DNA from: Sminthopsis crassicaudata
Taxonomy: Eukaryota
Direction: 5' to 3'
DNA length: 64,000 nt
Assembly (NCBI RefSeq): GCF_048593235.1
Contig: NC_133620.1
Coordinates: 276,287,765 to 276,351,764, forward strand
Within the stretch, counting starts at the first letter, position 1, and the number at the start of each line of letters is the position of its first letter. The translations under genes and the position numbers were made by a program. This document shows positions 53,561 through 64,000 of this stretch, one piece after another. Below the pieces are notes generated by a model. It saw only the letters and a program-made list of their open reading frames with translations. It was not told the origin of the DNA and searched no databases.

Positions 53561-53779
53561 AGGGACAGAGGAAAGAAACTAGGTGGGGGGGGAGGGGAGA
53601 GACTCCTATGGGGAGGACGGGGAGTATCAGAGCCCCAAAGGAGGGGAGGAAAGCAGTGCTGAGAGTGAAGTTGGGGGGAAGGGGCTGATGTAGACTTGTT
53701 TTTAAGATGGGAGGGAGGAACTAGAAATGGGCCTAACGGGTCCAAACCTCTTTCTCCCTGTCTCCCAGTCCGGGCCTGC

Positions 53780-54646
53780 ATGGCAGCAGTGGTTCTGGGG
53801 GAAGATAAGATGGGTCCTGAGCGGATCTTCCCAAACCAGAATGAAGATCTGGGGCAGCACCAGGGCCCCACAGATGGCACAGGTGACTGGAGTGAAGAAC
53901 CTGAGGAGGAGCCTGAAGACTTGGGCTCAGGCCCCACAGACTATTCCTACCAGCCTCTGAACCAGGACCCTGAGCAAGAAGAAGTAGAGCTGGCACCAGT
54001 GGAAGGTATTGAAGATGCGGTTACTGACATTCAGGAACGGATCCAGGTGTGGTATTCATGGTAGTTCTGGGCTGAATGGGAAGGATGGGCAGCCAGGGGC
54101 CCTACAGAGCCAGCTTACAATCCCATTCTTTCTGCTTTAAAGGCCCTGGGGCTGCATCTGCCTGACCCTCCTGTAGAGAGTGAAGATGAGGAAGAGGAAG
54201 GAGCCGTAGCACTGAGCAGCAGAAGCTCCATACCCATGGACCCAGGTAATGACAATTTCTGAATTGTTCCAAAATTAGGAGCAAGTCGGTCGAACTGAAT
54301 CTTAAGTAAGTCGGGAACTGTCATTAGCAGTAGTGAGCCCTGAAACCAAAAGGAGTCAGCTGTTCTGTGGGGTGGTTTAGTTTTGGGGAATTTCATCAGT
54401 CTGAGGCCTCAGGATGCCCCACCCCTCCCAGGAAGCAGGCTGGTGATAGGCCAGTTTCCTTTGTTCCCTAACTGAAACTTGGGTATGGTTTTAGAACATG
54501 TGGAGCTGGTGAAACGGACCATGGCTGGAGTAAGTTTGCCTGCCCCAGGAGTCCCTGCTTGGGCCCAGGAGATTTCAGATGCCCAGTGGGAGGATGTGGT
54601 ACAGAAGACTCTGCAGGCTCGACAGGCAACCTCTACATGGAAGTGA
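53780..54646 (+). CDS. MEA1: Male-enhanced antigen 1, 173 aa. Coding exons 53780-54046, 54143-54245, 54495-54646
   Basis: [102 protein letters not shown]; 522 nt in frame; AATAAA at 54873 and 54985. Confidence 0.96.
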
Positions 54647-54800
54647 CTACCACTGAGAACAATCTTGTTTCCTTTTCCCCCCACTCCAGACCTGGTACCA
54701 CCTTGATACACAACTGGATAAATTCCTGGTCCCAAATTATTTGTTCCTCTTACTCCCTTCCACATTACAGGCAAACTCGGACTTCTCTCCAGAGATCCAC

Positions 54801-54806
54801 TTTATT
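54801..54806 (-). terminator. PPP2R5D polyA signal (AATAAA on - strand) inside the MEA1 3' UTR
   Basis: TTTATT on the + strand at 54801-54806, about 1.05 kb after the PPP2R5D stop and before the MEA1 AATAAA at 54873. Confidence 0.7.
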
Positions 54807-55852
54807 CAATTCTGTACATATGGGGACATCTGCCCAAGCCCAACCCACCTTAGCATGTAACACTTTGCAGAGAATAAAGCACCCTATGTACACAGCCAAC
54901 AGCGGCGCCATCTGTGCCCCAGCACCCCAATCCCCCAGTAGTGCCAATGTGAGGCAGGTAAGGGTCTGGCCTTGGGTACAAAGAAATAAATAGATGTTGG
55001 GACAACTGAAGCTGGGGAAGAACCTTAAGGTGCTACCCTTTTCTCTCACCCCATTTCTGGGGCTTTGCAGGACAGGGATTCAAGCAGGCCTAGGGTGGTC
55101 CCTTTTAGTGTTTGTGATCCCTGGACTGCTGCTTAGAGAAAGGAGGAGGACTAAAAGGTGGTAGTATCTCCCTATACATTCCTCCCCTCCCACCCTTTAG
55201 TCCCTAAGAGGCCTCAGACGGTATATCTCTTATGTGGGATCTTTTCCCACCCCCAGTCTGATCTGAGTCAGGCAAGGTCACAGGGCATATGCATCAGAGG
55301 GCTTCAGTGATTCTACCCAAAACCCCTTTTGGGAGATGTGAAGGGTCCCCTGTGAGTCTGATGCTTTAGGGACCAGCCTTTCTTCACCTGCTCTGCCTCA
55401 GCCTCTAGCCCTCACAACTAGGAGACTGTCCATCCTGGCCCTCAATGGGGTAGAAGCAACTTTTGAGTCTGTAGCTCTTTGCTGATCTTTACAGATCCCT
55501 TTGAGAAAGGGATATACAGTAGGGATCTTCAACTCAAAGATGGGAAAGGTTGGGAGGGAGGAGTGTTTAAAGAGATTTTCAGAGTTGGCCCCAAACACCT
55601 GGGAGATTAGAGAATGGGAGTCAGCGCAGGGGGCATCCCAGCTATGAACAATGAGCATCTTCAGGGCATGTCTACACTAGTCACAGGGAGGCCAGGCCAC
55701 AGTGAGAGTCTTTGACCCAAGTATTCTGTTTTTAGGGAGCTGGTGCCCACCCCATCCTACCCCCAGGTCAGCTGGGGGGCAGGGGCTGAAGGGCCAGAGC
55801 AGTGTCCCAGGGGTGATTGGGCAGTGGCCCTGGGTGAGAGAGAGGAGGTAAG

Positions 55853-60649
<4,797 letters not shown>

Positions 60650-62289
60650 CTACAGAAACAGGTCCTTGTTGAAAGCCAAATACACTGAAAACTATAGGGA
60701 GAATAGTAAGTAGCAGGATGAATGAATCCATTTGGGGCATGGAATTGGAGAGGGAAGCAGAAATTGTACTTTCTACTCTGGATTTTTAAAAAAATGACAT
60801 TTTGACAAATATGAGAGTCAAGAAATAAGAAACTAAAAGTTAGATTCACTATGCAGTCTCAGGATGGAGAGAAAAAGAGCAGGACAAAGAAACATTTATC
60901 CAGGAAATGAGGATTTGAAAAAGCAATGTGCTTTTCCAAACCCTAGCCAACCTTTAAGGTACATGGCAAATCAAGACTCCACAAGCCCTTTTTAAGACCA
61001 TTCCAATTCTCAGTAATTACTCTTTCTTCTGATTTCATAACCTTTTTTTTGCATCATTCCTTTATCAATTAAAGACAGTCTTGTGACAGATCATATATAA
61101 TCTTTGTCAGTATTTAATTGTGTGCCTATCAGACAAGATCACAAGGATCATAAAAGCAAAAGCCCTGTTGTACCTCCCTCACTTTTCACAGAAAAGTGAG
61201 AACAATAAGATTAAAGTATCTTTGGGAAATGTAGAACTAAATAAATTAAAAATACAATACAATGTTGATAATGTTAATTTGTAGGTTTTCAGTTCTTTTT
61301 ATTTGGGTTTGACAGCACTGCAACACAGCATCACAGTACCTTACTACACAAAAAAAAAGAAATAGAGGACCAAAATTTAGAACTGAAAGAGATCTTAGAA
61401 ACCATCAAAAGCTGAGTTTTGAGATACGCAATAACTTGCCTCAAGTCTCTCAGATAGTGATAGGCCTAGGTTTTGAACTCAGGTCTTTGGACTCCAAAGT
61501 TAAGAGTTCTTTCCACTGTACCCTACATTCCCCCCCCCCCCCAGCTTTCTCCTGTATCCCCTTCACTGAAAGAGGCTGCTGAGTACTCACTGAGCTTGCT
61601 GTTAAGTGCTTCCACTGCCACCCAGAAGGGGACCAACTCTTTCACTTCCTTTTTCATTAAGGGTCAAGTATTATTCCTACCTTGACCAGGATAAATCACT
61701 AAATAGAAACAAAAGCAAAGTATTCATGTTGATAGGCTAACGGACCCCACAAAAGACTAATTAACACAATGACCAACCACAATTCTGGGAGATTCATAAT
61801 GAACAACGCCATCTTTCTCCTAGCAACAAGGTGGAATCAGGAGTCTTACAAAGTAAGAGATAACTTTTAGCCATGGCCAATGAAGAAATCTGTTTTGTTT
61901 GATTATAAATAATTTGTTATTTAGGATTTTTCTTTCTTTTTTCCAATAAGGGTTGAGAGAGGTGGGAAGGAAAGGAGGGTTTTTAGTTAATTGGGAAAAA
62001 ATTTTTAATTTAGCTTAAAAAGAAAGAGAGAAAAAGAGAGAACTGAAGAAAGAGGAAGCCAATGGGATGCATCATTTTGGGAAGCTCATCTTCTATACTT
62101 TCATAGATCAGCTATTCACACATCATAATTCTCTAACAAGAATTAAATCCTATACTGAGTGTTAATATAACATCCAATCAAGAATTTTCTATTACAGGTT
62201 ATAAGGTTAGGAAGTAAAATACCAGTATCTCCATCTCTTAACATGAAATAATTGGACTAATTCATAGTTAAAATCCTTTATAGGCTGTA

Positions 62290-63660
62290 AAATCAGTCAA
62301 CTAGCATTTATTAAGGGCTTATTAGGTCTCCGACATGGTGCTAAATGATAAATATATATCAAGAAAAAACAAAAAACAATTCCAGCTCTCAAGGAGCTCA
62401 CAGTCTAATGGGGAAACTATGCAAATAACTTTGTACATACAAGCTATATATAGGATAAACTGGAGATAGTCAACAAAGAAAGAAAGATATCAGAAGGATA
62501 GAAGACTGGGAATGGCTTCCTGGAAAAGTATTTTATCTGAGACTTGAAGAAAGGAAACCCTGAAGAAAAAGATAAGGAAGGACAGGCAGTAAAAATGGCC
62601 AGAATCAAAGATGAGTGTGAGGCTCAAGAAACAGCAGGAAGGCCCACGTCACTGGCTTGAAAAGTACTTAGGGAAGTGTAAAGTATGAAAAGACTGGTGG
62701 GAAGTAATTTGGCACAGGATGGGCAAGGCAAGTTACAAAGAACTGTGAATACTGACCAGAAGATTTTATATTTGATTTTAGGTTTTATTTATAATTGATA
62801 GGGGGCCACTGGAGTTGATGAAGTGGGAGAGGGGAGTTGACAGGGTTAGATCTGCATTTGAGGAAGGTCACTCAGGTAGCTGATTAGGAGAATGGACAGG
62901 AATGGGGGGAGAGAACAGAAACAAGGAAACCAAACAGCAAGCTATTTCAACAATCCAGGTGAGAAGTAATGAGGATCTGTACCAGGATAACAGGAATGTC
63001 AGAAAAGAAAAGTCTACTAGAAATGACTTGAAGGTAGAAACATCAGACTTTAGGAATAGATTGGATATTGGGAGAGAGTGGTGGCAGGGAGGAGGTAAAA
63101 GAGTAAGAAGTCAAGGACACCTAGGTTGTGATGACTAGGAGGATGTGAAGGGAAGTTCAGGAGAGGAGATTTGTGGGGAGATGAGATGAAGTTTAATTTT
63201 GGGCATGTCTATAGGACATCCAGGTTGAGATGTTTCATAAATAGTTGGGGATAGAAGACTGAAGGTCAACAGAGAGGTTAGGGTTGGATAAGCAAATCTG
63301 AGAATCATCAGCAGAGAAATGATAATTTAATCCATGGGGACAGATGAGATCACCAAGTAAAACCGTATAGAGAAAGAAGAGAAGTGGGACCAGGAGAAAG
63401 TCCTGTGAGACACCCACAGATTTTGGAAATCAAGCCTTAAAAGCCCTTGGAAGAGTTGGGGGGGGGGGGACAAAGGAGACTGAGATGAGTAGGAAGAGAA
63501 CCAAGAAAAAAATAGTGCCATGAAAACCTAGAGAGGAAAGAGTGTCAGGGAGAAGAGGATAATTGATAAAGTCAAAGCCTGCACAGAGGTCAAGAAGGAA
63601 AACAATTGAAAAACGCCATTAAATTTGGCTATTAAGAGATCATTAAGTTACTTGGAGAGA
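62290..63660 (-). mobile_element. L2 LINE remnant (antisense)
   Basis: Starts with the reverse L2 3' end (..TAGCATTTATTAAG..), followed by typical purine-rich antisense L2 body. Confidence 0.65.
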
Positions 63661-63807
63661 GCAGTTTCAGCTGAAAGATAAGAGCCTGGAGGTGAAGCAG
63701 CCTGGCACATGAGAAATAGGGACCCTTTAAGACCTCTAAAGCTCTCAGACTTTATCACTGTAACTCACAATTGAATAGAGCTCTATAGTCTGTCAAGAAT
63801 TTTTCTT

Positions 63808-63887
63808 TCTTTTTTTTTTTTTTTCCATTTATTCACTACTTTTTTTATTTAGAATTTTTTTTTCCCACAGTATCTATGCATGAGTAA
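63808..63887 (-). mobile_element. Very short (~80 nt) L1 3'-end insertion
   Basis: PolyT plus the reverse of TTACTCATGCATAGATACTGTGGG; flanked by AAGAATTTTTCTT at 63795-63807 and 63888-63900. Confidence 0.75.
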
Positions 63888-64000
63888 AAGAATTTTTCTT
63901 ATAATATCCCTGTTTGACTGGCAATATTTCATTATTTATTCCCACTTTTCAGATCACAAAAGTTAAGATCCAGATTAAGCAACTCAGAGGTTAAGCTCAA

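Noticed and set aside
52771-53937. 388-aa Pro/Ser/Leu-rich minus-strand ORF
   Set aside because: It is the C-rich antisense of the G-rich MEA1 intron-1 repeat and exon 2, where stops are rare by composition; no recognisable domain.
61588-61700. Minus-strand segment ending in CA|GTGAGT as PPP2R5D exon 2
   Set aside because: Its translation does not resemble the expected [20 protein letters not shown] peptide; the true upstream exons probably lie beyond the window.

Overview
This is mammalian genomic DNA from a marsupial, probably a dasyurid; that call is inferred from WSINE1-type SINEs, MAR1/CORE-SINEs and marsupial L1 3' ends. The window is the gene-dense block MRPL2(+, lacks exon 1) - CUL7(+) - [extra gene] - RRP36(-) - KLHDC3(-) <> MEA1(+) >< PPP2R5D(-, lacks first exons), syntenic with human 6p21.1. 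I built all exon models by hand from splice signals and reading phase; each closes in frame. Main surprises: (1) an intact 290-aa, single-coding-exon TMEM121-family paralogue with its own CpG-rich promoter between CUL7 and RRP36, where I know of no human gene; (2) the gene at the CUL7 position has CUL7 architecture and a CUL7 C-terminus but CUL9-like residues along most of its length; (3) a frameshifted duplicate of CUL7 coding exon 6 sits 9 kb upstream of the intact copy; (4) two CUL7 introns carry repeats seeded from the upstream splice donor (a ~30-copy 37-bp minisatellite, and four in-frame donor copies). Comparisons with human proteins are from memory and need a real alignment. I found no tRNA, rRNA or CRISPR features.
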